Below, piece by piece: positions 19,118 through 28,521 of a DNA stretch of 64,000 nt. Source of the stretch: Pseudomonadota bacterium (GTDB lineage: Bacteria; Pseudomonadota; Alphaproteobacteria; Rhizobiales; JANQQB01); assembly GCA_038745065.1 (NCBI GenBank), contig JBCDLT010000004.1, positions 69,507 through 133,506 on the forward strand, read 5' to 3'. The notes beneath the pieces were generated by a model. That model saw only the letters and a program-made list of their open reading frames with translations, searched no databases and was not told the origin of the DNA. Positions within the stretch are counted from its first letter, which is position 1; each line of letters begins with the position of its first letter. Made by a program: the position numbers and the translations under genes.

Positions 19118-20299
19118 TCACTCCTGTGCATTGAGCCAGGCGCCGAGCCGGGCGCGGTCCTCGTCGGTCATGCCGGTCTCGTTGCCGAGCGGCATGGCAT
19201 CGGTGTGCACCGACTGGGCAAGGACCAGCGGGGCATAGCGGCGCAGATCGGCGGTGGTCTCCAAGACGATGCCCTTCGGAGCCTCGTCGAAGGCCTCGTG
19301 GGACGGGTTCGCGCCGTGGCAGGCGGCGCAATGGGTCTGGGTGATCGTCAGGGCCACTTCGTCGGCGACGGCCGGCCCGGTCGAGAGACTTCCAGACGGG
19401 GCCGTCAGGACAAGCGCGGCCAGCAGGGCGACACCGCCGGCCGGCAGGGTCCAGGCAAACGAGGCCATTGGGTCGCCGGCATCGTGGCGATTGATGAAAT
19501 GCCGGACCATCGCCCCCATGACCAAAACCAGCGCCACCAGCAGCCAGGCATGCGGATGATTGGTCAAAAGCGGATAATGGTTGCTCACCATCATGAGCAG
19601 GACCGGCAGCGTCAGGTAATTGTTGTGCAGCGAGCGCTGTTTGGCGATCCGGCCCATTTCAGGGTCTGGCGTTTCGCCGGCGATCAGCGCCGCGGTCACT
19701 TTTTTCTGGTTCGGAATGATGACGCCGAAGACATTCACGGCCATGAACGTGCCGACGAGCGCCCCGACGTGGATGAGCGCGCCGCGGCCGGAATAGATCT
19801 GGGTGTAGGCAATGGCCGACAGAACGATCAGCACGAACAGGCAGACCGCGAGCGCCGTCGTATTGCGGCCAAGCGGCGAGCGGCAGATGCCGTCATAAAT
19901 GAACCAACCGGCCGCGAGGCTGACGACGGAGATCGCGATCGCCTGGACCGGCGTCAGGTCCATCACGCTCGGATCGATCAGATAGGCCTCGGCGTTCCAG
20001 TAGAATTGCACGACAAGCAACGCGAAGCCTGTGACCCAGGTCAGGTAGGCTTCCCACTGATACCATTTCAGGTCAGGCGGCAGATTGTCCGGCGCAACCA
20101 TGTACTTTTCGACATGGTAGAACCCGCCGCCGTGCACCAGCCAGGCGGTTCCCTGGACACCCGGCGTCATCTGCTCTCGCTTGCGCAGCGCGAGGTCGAG
20201 CGCGATGAAGTAAAACGAGGTGCCGATCCAGCCGACGCCGACCACAAGATGTGCCCAGCGCAGCAGGAGATTGAGCCATTCCGCTATGAAGACTTCCAA
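19118..20299 (-). CDS. puuD: Membrane-bound cytochrome c urate hydroxylase
   Basis: The N-terminus AEWLNLLLRWAHLVVGVGWIGTSFYFIALD and the multi-TM body fit PuuD. The C-terminal CAACH heme-c motif is followed by a conserved Met region. Confidence 0.8.
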   Translation of the reverse strand: MEVFIAEWLNLLLRWAHLVVGVGWIGTSFYFIALDLALRKREQMTPGVQGTAWLVHGGGFYHVEKYMVAPDNLPPDLKWYQWEAYLTWVTGFALLVVQFYWNAEAYLIDPSVMDLTPVQAIAISVVSLAAGWFIYDGICRSPLGRNTTALAVCLFVLIVLSAIAYTQIYSGRGALIHVGALVGTFMAVNVFGVIIPNQKKVTAALIAGETPDPEMGRIAKQRSLHNNYLTLPVLLMMVSNHYPLLTNHPHAWLLVALVLVMGAMVRHFINRHDAGDPMASFAWTLPAGGVALLAALVLTAPSGSLSTGPAVADEVALTITQTHCAACHGANPSHEAFDEAPKGIVLETTADLRRYAPLVLAQSVHTDAMPLGNETGMTDEDRARLGAWLNAQE

Positions 20300-20432
20300 G
20301 GCCTATCCTCTAAACGATAGCGCTCTTCGGCATCACGCGGCTCCTCGCACCCTTGGGAGCGATGGCCCCCCGGGGCCTGAGCCATCCGGCCGGGAAGCGG
20401 CGCGCCCAAGTACTGGACGCGCCGATCGGGGT

Positions 20433-21497
20433 TTATTGCGGCAGCTTGTCGTCGACGCCCTGAACGTACCAGTTCATGCCGAGCAACGTCTTGTCGTCGA
20501 GCGTCTCACCCTCGCCGATGACCTGGGTGCCGTCCTGCTTGACGATCGGTCCCTTGAACGGGTGCAACGTGCCGGCCTCGATCGCGGCCGCGGTCTCCTG
20601 CGCCGCTGCCGTGATGTCGTCCGGCAGGTTGGTGTACGGCGCCATGTCGACCATGTCGGCGTCAAACCCTCCCCAGGTGTCTTCCGACTTCCAGGTTCCG
20701 TCGAGCACGGCCCCAACGCGGGCGACGTAATAATCGTTCCAGTTGTCGACGATCGACGTCATCTGGTTTTCAGGGGCGAACTTGATCATGTCGGAGGCCT
20801 GGCCGAAGCCCATCACGCCGCGTTCCGCGGCAATCTGCAAAGGCGCCGGGGAATCGGTGTGCTGGGTGATGATGTCGGCGCCCTGATCGATCAAAGCCTT
20901 TGCGGCATCGGCTTCCCGACCGGGATCGAACCAGGAATTCACCCAGATGATCTTCACCTTGAAATCCGGATTGATGTTCTGCGCCCCGAGCATGAAAGCG
21001 TTGATGCCGCGCACGACTTCCGGAATCGGGAACGATGCAATGTAGCCGGCGGTACCGGATTTCGACATCTTCGCGGCGATTTCGCCAATCACATAGCGGC
21101 CTTCATAGAACCGCGACGAATAGGTGGAGACGTTGTCGGCGCGCTTGAATCCGGTGGCGTGTTCGAACTTCACGTCCGGAAACTTCTTGGCGACCTTGAT
21201 GGTCGGATTCATGAAGCCGAACGAGGTGGTGAAGATCAGGCCATGGCCTTCGCGGGCCAGACGTTCGATGGCGCGTTCCGCGTCGGGGCCTTCCGACACG
21301 TTCTCGACATAGGACGTCTCGACCTTGTCGCCGAACTCCTTCTCGATCGCCAGACGGCCCTGGTCGTGCTGGTAGGTCCATCCGTGATCGCCGATCGGGC
21401 CGACATAGACAAAGCCGACCTTCAACGGTTCCGCGGACGCGGTGACCGCGCTTATGGCGAGCGCGAGAGCCGCCGCCAGTCCGAAGCCTGTTTTCAT
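20433..21497 (-). CDS. BMP-family ABC transporter substrate-binding protein (purine/nucleoside type)
   Basis: Signal peptide MKTGFGLAAALALAISAVTASA, then LKVGFVYVGPIGDHGWTYQHDQG, typical of the Bmp/PnrA family. Confidence 0.85.
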   Translation of the reverse strand: MKTGFGLAAALALAISAVTASAEPLKVGFVYVGPIGDHGWTYQHDQGRLAIEKEFGDKVETSYVENVSEGPDAERAIERLAREGHGLIFTTSFGFMNPTIKVAKKFPDVKFEHATGFKRADNVSTYSSRFYEGRYVIGEIAAKMSKSGTAGYIASFPIPEVVRGINAFMLGAQNINPDFKVKIIWVNSWFDPGREADAAKALIDQGADIITQHTDSPAPLQIAAERGVMGFGQASDMIKFAPENQMTSIVDNWNDYYVARVGAVLDGTWKSEDTWGGFDADMVDMAPYTNLPDDITAAAQETAAAIEAGTLHPFKGPIVKQDGTQVIGEGETLDDKTLLGMNWYVQGVDDKLPQ

Positions 21498-21581
21498 TCC
21501 GTACTCCTGATCCCCATAGGATGCGCTTCGTCATTGCATGCGATCGGCTTCGCGAAGCGCTTGCGAAGCCGGTTGTTCATT

Positions 21582-22496
21582 TCAACGATCCGGGACGAAC
21601 GGCCGGCCGAGGCAGGCAGGCGTGTTGATCCGGTTCGCCGTGCGGTTGCTGGATATCAGCACAAGAACGATGATCGTCGCAAGATAGGGCAGGCTTGAGA
21701 GCACCTGCGACGGAATCGCCAGGCCGGCGGCCTGGGCATGGAATTGCAGGATCGTAACGGCGCCGAAGAGATAGGCGCCGCCGATCAACCGGCCGGGAAG
21801 CCACGATGCAAAGACGACAAGCGCCAGCGCGATCCAGCCGCGGCCGGCTGTCATGCCCTCGACCCATTGCGGCGTATAGGCCAGCGACAGGTAAGCGCCG
21901 CCGAGCCCAGCACATCCGCCGCCGAACAGGATCGCCAGGAACCGTACCTTCAGCACCGAGAATCCGAGCGCGTGGGCTGAAGCGTGGTTGTCCCCGACCG
22001 CCCGCAAGACCAGGCCGCCCCGTGTCTTGAACAGGAACCAGGACACGCCGGCGCACAGCACAAAGGAAAAGTAGACCAGCGCATCCTGGCCGAACAGGAT
22101 CGGCCCGACAAACGGCAGATCGGACAATCCGGGAATTTCGAGGCGGGGCAGACGGATGCCCGGCGTTCCAACAAATCCCTCGCCGATCATGCCGGCAAGT
22201 CCGAGACCGAGCAGCGTCAATGACAATCCGGTCGCGACCTGGTTGGTAACAAGGACAAGCGTGAGCACGGCAAACAAGGCCGACAGCGCCACGCCGGCGC
22301 CGATGGCAGCGAAAATGCCAGCGAGCGGCGAACCGGTCTGCAAGCCGACCGCAAAGCCCGAAACCGCACCGACGATCATCATGCCTTCGACGCCGAGATT
22401 GAGCACGCCGGCCCGTTCCGTCACAAGTTCGCCGATCGCCGCCAGGAGGAGCGGTGTCGAAGCGGTGATGATGGTCAGGATAACCGCCTCGATCAT
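21582..22496 (-). CDS. ABC transporter permease (BMP-type system)
   Basis: 304-aa polytopic protein whose start forms an ATGA overlap with the upstream permease stop. Confidence 0.85.
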   Translation of the reverse strand: MIEAVILTIITASTPLLLAAIGELVTERAGVLNLGVEGMMIVGAVSGFAVGLQTGSPLAGIFAAIGAGVALSALFAVLTLVLVTNQVATGLSLTLLGLGLAGMIGEGFVGTPGIRLPRLEIPGLSDLPFVGPILFGQDALVYFSFVLCAGVSWFLFKTRGGLVLRAVGDNHASAHALGFSVLKVRFLAILFGGGCAGLGGAYLSLAYTPQWVEGMTAGRGWIALALVVFASWLPGRLIGGAYLFGAVTILQFHAQAAGLAIPSQVLSSLPYLATIIVLVLISSNRTANRINTPACLGRPFVPDR

Positions 22497-23578
22497 CGGT
22501 CCGCCTCCGACTGAACGGACCGGTCGAAGGCAATGCGGATCCGGTACAGAATCAGCGTGTCGCAGGCGAGCACGAAAAACAGCAACATGCCCTGGAACAC
22601 ACGCGTGACCTTGTCGGTCAGGCCGAGCGAAACCTGCGCCGCCTCGCCGCCGATATAGGAAATGGCAAGCACCAGCCCTGCAACAATGGCGCCGACCGGA
22701 TTGAGACGGCCAAGAAAGGCAACAATGATCGCGGTGAAACCGTAGCCGGGGGAAATCGTCGGTCGAAGCTGGCCGATGGGTCCGGCCACCTCGATAATCC
22801 CGGCAAGGCCGGCAAGCGCTCCGGACACCAGAAACGAAAACACGATCATGCCGGATTGCGAAAACCCGGCGAACCGACCGGCCCGCGGCGCCGCGCCCAA
22901 CACACGGATCTCGAAGCCCTTCAGCGTGCGCGCGAGCAGAAAGGCCAGGATGATCCCGGTCAGAATGGCAATCGGGAACCCCAGATGCAGACGCCCGTCG
23001 CCCAGCACCGGCACCGTAGCTGCGGCACTGAAGAGCCGCGACTCCGGGAAGTTAAACCCATCCGGGTCGCGCCAGGGCCCGCGGACCAGCCAATCGAGCG
23101 CCAATTGCGCGACATAGACCAGCATCAAGCTGGTCAGGATCTCATTGGCGCCGAAACGGACCTTCAGGAGCGCCGGAATGCCGGCCCACAGGGCCCCGCC
23201 GAGCGCGCCGAGAAGGAACATGGCCGGCAGGGTCCACACGCTCTCCCATTGCCAGAACAGCACCGGTATGGCGGATCCTGCAATGGCGCCCATCGTGAAC
23301 TGGCCCTCGGCGCCTATGTTCCAGGTGTTGGCGATGTAACAGAGACACAGGCCCGCCCCGATCATGATCAGCGGCGAGGCCTTCACGAGGATTTCTTCGA
23401 CCGACCAGGAGGCCGTCAGCGGTTCGATGAAAAACACATAAAGCGCACGGACCGGGTCCTGTCCCAAGAGGGCAAACAGGATGGCGCCGGACAGGATCGT
23501 GAGCGCAAACGCGAGGACCGGCGACAGGATGCGCATCGTGCCGGACTGGCGTGGCCGCTTCTCCAGTTCAATCCGCAT
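22493..23578 (-). CDS. ABC transporter permease (BMP-type system)
   Basis: Polytopic permease. The start is uncertain (ATG 23608, 23578 or 23536) and overlaps the ATPase stop region. Confidence 0.8.
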   Translation of the reverse strand: MRIELEKRPRQSGTMRILSPVLAFALTILSGAILFALLGQDPVRALYVFFIEPLTASWSVEEILVKASPLIMIGAGLCLCYIANTWNIGAEGQFTMGAIAGSAIPVLFWQWESVWTLPAMFLLGALGGALWAGIPALLKVRFGANEILTSLMLVYVAQLALDWLVRGPWRDPDGFNFPESRLFSAAATVPVLGDGRLHLGFPIAILTGIILAFLLARTLKGFEIRVLGAAPRAGRFAGFSQSGMIVFSFLVSGALAGLAGIIEVAGPIGQLRPTISPGYGFTAIIVAFLGRLNPVGAIVAGLVLAISYIGGEAAQVSLGLTDKVTRVFQGMLLFFVLACDTLILYRIRIAFDRSVQSEADR

Positions 23579-25148
23579 GCGGGCGCTCCGATACGGGCGG
23601 CGGCGCATCGGTCGCGTGAGCCGTGCGCGCCCGCTCTGCCTTTCCCGCCATCAACAGGCCGATTTCCTCCATTGGGAGAGTCTCGGCGGGGTAGGCTTCG
23701 GAGAGTTCTCCGCGCGAAATAACGCAGATGCGGTCGGCAATCTCGAAAATCTCGTCGAGGTCCTGGCTGATCGCGACGATCGCCGACCCGGAGCGCGCCA
23801 GATCAATAAGGGCCTGGCGGATCAAAGCGGCCGCACCGGCATCGACACCCCAGGTCGGTTGGTTGATCACGACCAGGGACGGACTGCGATCCAATTCCCG
23901 GCCGACCACGAATTTCTGCAAGTTTCCGCCGGACAGGGATCGGGCCTCGGCATCACCGCCGCCGCTGCGCACATCGAAGGTTTCGATGACATTCTCCGAG
24001 ACCGCCTGCATGCCCTGTTTGTGCAGCAAGGCGCTGCCCTTCAGGCCGTCGCCGACGGCGTGCCGGGACAAAAGCGCGTTCTCGCTGAGCCGAAAAACCG
24101 GAACCGCTCCGTGACCGAGCCGTTCCTCTGGAACGAAGGCCGCGCCCAGGCGCCGTCGCTCGTTGATCGGCATGCGACCGACCTTGTTGCCGTCAATGCG
24201 AATGGCATCCGCCCGTGTGCTCAGCCGTTCGCCGGAGAGCGCGTCGAACAGTTCGCCCTGGCCGTTACCCGCCACCCCTGCCACCGCAAGGATTTCACCG
24301 GAGCGAACGGCAACGGATACATGTTTCAGGGAAACGCCGAACGCGTTGTCTGCGGGAAGCGACAGGTCGTCCACTTCGAGGCGTGGCGTGCCCTCGCCGG
24401 TCCCGCGGTCCGGTCGCACGACGGCCCCGACATCCTCGCCGATCATGAGCCGGGCCAGCGACGCAGCGGTTTCGGTGCGCGGATCGGTCGTCGCCACAAC
24501 CCGGCCGCCGCGCAGGATCGTGGCGCTCTGGCACAGACGTTTCACCTCTTCAAGGCGGTGGCTGATATACAGGACCGCGCATCCTTCCGTCGCGAGGCGT
24601 TCCAGGGTCTGAAACAATTGCTCCGCTTCCTGGGGGGTCAGCACCGAAGTCGGTTCGTCCAGGATAATCAGGTCCGGCTCCTGGAGCAGGCACCTGACGA
24701 TCTCGATGCGCTGGCGTTCCCCGACGGACAGATCGGCAACGATCGCCGAAGCTTCGAGCGGCAGGCCATACCGCGCGGAGACCGCACCGATTTCCTTCGA
24801 CAGATCGGCAAGTTTCCGGTTTCCCGGCAATGCCAGGGCGATGTTTTCGGCAACCGTCAAGGCTTCGAACAGCGAAAAATGCTGGAATACCATGCCGATA
24901 CCAAGCGTCCGCGCGGCCGCTGGATTGCCGATGCGCAGGGTTTCGCCCTTCCAGCGCAGAATGCCCTCGTCCGGCTGCAGGGCGCCGTAGAGGATCTTGA
25001 CCAAGGTCGATTTACCGGCGCCGTTCTCCCCGAGAAGGGCATGGATCTCGCCGGGACGGATGGCAAGGTCGACCGTGTCGTTGGCCACGGTCTCCCCGAA
25101 CCGTTTGGTCACGGCTTCGGCTTCCATGAGCATCAGATCGCTCGCCAT
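23568..25148 (-). CDS. ABC transporter ATP-binding protein, duplicated NBD
   Basis: First NBD has [20 protein letters not shown] and LILDEPT. Second NBD has GVAGNGQGEL and LSGGNLQK. Confidence 0.9.
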   Translation of the reverse strand: MASDLMLMEAEAVTKRFGETVANDTVDLAIRPGEIHALLGENGAGKSTLVKILYGALQPDEGILRWKGETLRIGNPAAARTLGIGMVFQHFSLFEALTVAENIALALPGNRKLADLSKEIGAVSARYGLPLEASAIVADLSVGERQRIEIVRCLLQEPDLIILDEPTSVLTPQEAEQLFQTLERLATEGCAVLYISHRLEEVKRLCQSATILRGGRVVATTDPRTETAASLARLMIGEDVGAVVRPDRGTGEGTPRLEVDDLSLPADNAFGVSLKHVSVAVRSGEILAVAGVAGNGQGELFDALSGERLSTRADAIRIDGNKVGRMPINERRRLGAAFVPEERLGHGAVPVFRLSENALLSRHAVGDGLKGSALLHKQGMQAVSENVIETFDVRSGGGDAEARSLSGGNLQKFVVGRELDRSPSLVVINQPTWGVDAGAAALIRQALIDLARSGSAIVAISQDLDEIFEIADRICVISRGELSEAYPAETLPMEEIGLLMAGKAERARTAHATDAPPPVSERPHAD

Positions 25149-25189
25149 GACGGCCGGGTGCCCCTTTTTTTCTGTCTTTCCAACGCGGA

Positions 25190-26188
25190 TCAGTCGACCC
25201 CGACGGGATGCCTGTCGACCGCCGGCTCCGCGGAAACGCGTTCTGCCTCGTCCACCGACAATAATTGGGCCGCAACCGATGCCGCAATGGCGGCGGGCGC
25301 CTTCGATGCGATTCCCCCAATTCCGATCGGACAGACCATGCGATCTAGGGCTTCGTCCGGCAGACCCGCCATTTTTAGCCGCCGGATAAACCGTGCCCGC
25401 TTGGTCCTGCTGCCGATCAGGCCGACATAGGGAAAGCGGTCCGCACCAAGGGCGGCTTCGACAAGGGTCTGATCGAGCGCATGGTCGTGCGTCATGACCA
25501 GAACGAAGGTGCCCGGGCCGGCCTTGGGCAGTTCGGCAACCAGGTCGGCGACCCGGCAGGGCCGCGTGTTTGTGGGAACGTGGCTTGGAAAGGCATCCGC
25601 CCGATTGTCGATCCAGGTCACCGCAAAGGGAAGCGGCGCCAAAGCCAGCACCAGGGCGCGGGCAACATGGCCGGCACCGAAAAGAAAGACGGGCCGTCGA
25701 TCTATGCCGAATTGTTCGATCAGGACTGCGCCTTCGAGCCTGGCGAATTCGGCGTCCGCGCTCGCGCGATCCGGCGGTTCGATCGTTCGGCGTATCCTGC
25801 CGTCCGTTCCGATTGCCCCGCGGGTCGCAAAGAAACCGGTCAGCCTTTCCGCATCGGCCAGAGCCAACACCGCGCTCAGATCTGCCGAGCCAAGCGGCTC
25901 AAACCCGAGCACGACCCGCCCGCCGCAGCATTGACCCAGATCCGGACCGAGCGCCATCGTCCGCGTTTCGAAGGCCGCGCCGTTTCCCTCAAGCACGGAA
26001 CGGGCAAAGGCTATCGCCTCCCATTCCAGCGATCCGCCGCCGATGGTGCCGTAAAAGTTGCCGTCGTCGCGCACGATCATGCGGGCTCCGGCCTCGCGCG
26101 GCGCCGACCCTTGCGCTTTCAGCACGGACACAAGCACACAGGTGCGGTCGTCCGCGAGGATTTCGGCGATTGTGCCCCAGATCCGCAC
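25190..26188 (-). CDS. xdhC: Xanthine dehydrogenase accessory protein
   Basis: LVSVLKAQGSAPREAGARMIV...YGTIGGGSLEW plus a C-terminal Rossmann-like GAGHVARAL region fit the XdhC/CoxI family. It lies directly downstream of xdhB. Confidence 0.85.
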   Translation of the reverse strand: MRIWGTIAEILADDRTCVLVSVLKAQGSAPREAGARMIVRDDGNFYGTIGGGSLEWEAIAFARSVLEGNGAAFETRTMALGPDLGQCCGGRVVLGFEPLGSADLSAVLALADAERLTGFFATRGAIGTDGRIRRTIEPPDRASADAEFARLEGAVLIEQFGIDRRPVFLFGAGHVARALVLALAPLPFAVTWIDNRADAFPSHVPTNTRPCRVADLVAELPKAGPGTFVLVMTHDHALDQTLVEAALGADRFPYVGLIGSRTKRARFIRRLKMAGLPDEALDRMVCPIGIGGIASKAPAAIAASVAAQLLSVDEAERVSAEPAVDRHPVGVD

Positions 26189-26190
26189 GC

Positions 26191-28521
26191 TCAGTCTCCG
26201 CCATCGGTCATCGAGCGTACCGCCTTCAGGATCGCTTCGGGGGTCGCCGGTGCATGCAAATCGGGCAGACGTCCGGGCCGCAGACCGGCTATGGCATCGT
26301 TGATCGCACAGAACACAGAGTTGGCCAGCATCACCGGCGGCTCGCCGACGGCCTTCGACCGGAAGATCGTGTCTTCGCGGTTGCCGCCGGATTCATACAA
26401 TTCCACGTGGAAGGCCTCGGGCACATCCGAGGCGGTGGGGATCTTGTAAGTCGACGGCGCATGGGTGCGCAGCCGTCCGGCCTCGTCCCAGACGAGTTCT
26501 TCGGTCGTCAGCCAGCCCATGCCCTGAACGAACCCGCCTTCGATCTGACCGATATCGACCGCCGGGTTCAGGGACCGGCCGACATCATGGAGAATATCGA
26601 CCCGATCGACCCGCATTTCGCCGGTCATCGTATCGATCGTCACTTCCGAGCAGGCCGCGCCATAGGCGAAATAGTAGAACGGTCGCCCGGTCTTGGTGTT
26701 GCGGTCCCAGGTTATGCCCGGCGTCGCGTAAAAGCCGGTTGAGGAGAGCGACACACGGTTCAAATAAGCCTGTTCGGCCAGCGCTCCGAATGCAATCGCT
26801 TCGTTTCCAACGAAGACCTGGTTGTCGCGAAACAGGATGCGGTCCGGTTTGACATCATAGGCTTCGGCCGCGAAGTCCGTCATGCGCTGTTTGATGATGC
26901 GCGCGGCCGCCTGCGCCGCCTTTCCGTTCAGATCGGAACCGGCGGACGCCGCGGTCGGGCCGGTATTCGGCACTTTGTCCGTCGTCGTCGCCGTGATCTT
27001 CACGTGATGCAGGTCGATGCCGAATTCCTCGGCGACCACCTGGGCGACCTTTACGAACAGCCCCTGTCCCATCTCCGTGCCGCCATGGTTCAGATGCACG
27101 GAGCCGTCCGCATAGACATGGACCAGGGCGCCGGCCTGGTTGAGGTGCTTCAGCGTGAAGGAAATGCCGAACTTGACGGGCGTCAGCGCGAGGCCCTTGC
27201 GCAGAACCGGTGCGGAGCGATTGAACCGCGCGATCTCCTGGCGCCGAGCCCAGTAATCGCAATGGGTCTCCAAATGGTCGACGATCTCGTGCAGGAGGTT
27301 GTCGGTGACCCGCATACCATAGGGAGTGATGTCGCGCTCACCGGCGCGATAGAAATTCCGCTTGCGGGTGACCAGCGGATCTTCGCCGCGTTCGATCGCG
27401 ATCGCGTCCATCATGCGCTCGGCGAGCAACATGCCCTGGGGTCCGCCGAAGCCGCGAAACGCCGTGTTGGAGACGGTGTTGGTCTTCAGCCGGCGGGTCA
27501 GGATCGAGACGTTCGGATAAAAATAGGCGTTGTCGGTATGGAACATCGTGCGGTCGACGACGCCGAGCGACAGGTCGGCGGAACACCCGCAGCGGGCGAG
27601 ATAAACCGTGTCGACGCTTTCCAGGACGCCGTGATCGTCGTAGCCGACGGCATAGCGGGTCGAAAAGTCATGCCGCTTGCCGGTCATGATCATGTCGTCG
27701 TCGCGATCCAACCGCACCTTGCAGGGACGACCGGTCAGACTGGCACAGAGACCGGCGAGCGCTGCCCATTGCGAGGCCTGGCTTTCCTTGCCGCCGAAGC
27801 CGCCGCCCATGCGCCGGACTTCGATCGTAACGGCGGCATGCGAGACGCCGACGACGCGCGCCACCACATGCTGCACTTCGGTCGGGTGCTGGGTGGAAGA
27901 ATGCACCAGCAGGTCCCCGTCCTCCTTCGGCTCGGCAAGCGCGGCCTGTCCCTCAAGATAAAAATGCTCCTGCCCGCCGATCTGAAACCGGCCTTCGAGC
28001 CGGTGTCGCGCGGCCGCGAGTGCGGTCGCCGCATCGCCGCGATCGAAGCGGTAATCGGGCAAGACCTCCAGATTTCGTTCCGCCGCCGCATCGGCCGTAA
28101 TGACGGGGTCCGCGGCCTCGATCTCGAATTCGGCAAGAAGCGCGGCCTTGCGGGCTTCGATACGGCTCCGTGCGACAACCGCAAATGCGACCTGCCCGTG
28201 AAAGAGGATTTCACCGTCGGCCAGGACCGGGTCGTCACCGAGCGATGGCGAGCAATCGTTGCTGCCTGGAATATCTGCTGCAATGAATACGGCAATCACG
28301 CCCGGCGCAGCGCGGACCCGGTCCAGATCGAGACGCACGATGCGACCGATTTCGGGCGTTCTGCAATAGCCCGGTGCGATGTGCAGGGTTCCGGCCGGTT
28401 CCCGGATGTCGTCGACATATGTCGCCACGCCGCAAACATGTTTCAGACCGCTATCGTGCATGAAGCGTTCGTGCACGATGCGCGTGCGCATGTGCCGATC
28501 GTCGTCGCCTGGACTATCCAT
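26191..28521 (-). CDS. xdhB: Xanthine dehydrogenase molybdopterin-binding subunit
   Basis: Aldehyde-oxidase/xanthine-DH a/b-hammerhead and MoCo blocks (GGGFGGKE, AFRGFGGPQG, ...). Start set at ATG 28521, 8 nt overlapping the xdhA stop; the 882-aa track ORF has an implausible Arg/Pro-rich extension. Confidence 0.9.
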   Translation of the reverse strand: MDSPGDDDRHMRTRIVHERFMHDSGLKHVCGVATYVDDIREPAGTLHIAPGYCRTPEIGRIVRLDLDRVRAAPGVIAVFIAADIPGSNDCSPSLGDDPVLADGEILFHGQVAFAVVARSRIEARKAALLAEFEIEAADPVITADAAAERNLEVLPDYRFDRGDAATALAAARHRLEGRFQIGGQEHFYLEGQAALAEPKEDGDLLVHSSTQHPTEVQHVVARVVGVSHAAVTIEVRRMGGGFGGKESQASQWAALAGLCASLTGRPCKVRLDRDDDMIMTGKRHDFSTRYAVGYDDHGVLESVDTVYLARCGCSADLSLGVVDRTMFHTDNAYFYPNVSILTRRLKTNTVSNTAFRGFGGPQGMLLAERMMDAIAIERGEDPLVTRKRNFYRAGERDITPYGMRVTDNLLHEIVDHLETHCDYWARRQEIARFNRSAPVLRKGLALTPVKFGISFTLKHLNQAGALVHVYADGSVHLNHGGTEMGQGLFVKVAQVVAEEFGIDLHHVKITATTTDKVPNTGPTAASAGSDLNGKAAQAAARIIKQRMTDFAAEAYDVKPDRILFRDNQVFVGNEAIAFGALAEQAYLNRVSLSSTGFYATPGITWDRNTKTGRPFYYFAYGAACSEVTIDTMTGEMRVDRVDILHDVGRSLNPAVDIGQIEGGFVQGMGWLTTEELVWDEAGRLRTHAPSTYKIPTASDVPEAFHVELYESGGNREDTIFRSKAVGEPPVMLANSVFCAINDAIAGLRPGRLPDLHAPATPEAILKAVRSMTDGGD

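Noticed and set aside
20400-20428. CGGCGCG/CGCGCCG hairpin just downstream of the BMP SBP gene, considered as a terminator
   Set aside because: No T-tract follows on the minus strand, and puuD appears to continue the same operon. It is not reported as a feature.
23481-25430. 649-aa plus-strand ORF, among the longest in the track
   Set aside because: It is antisense to the duplicated-NBD ABC ATPase and xdhC, whose minus-strand translations carry canonical Walker/signature motifs. The plus-strand product is Arg/Gly/Ala/Pro-rich with no recognisable domain. This is a typical shadow ORF of GC-rich DNA.
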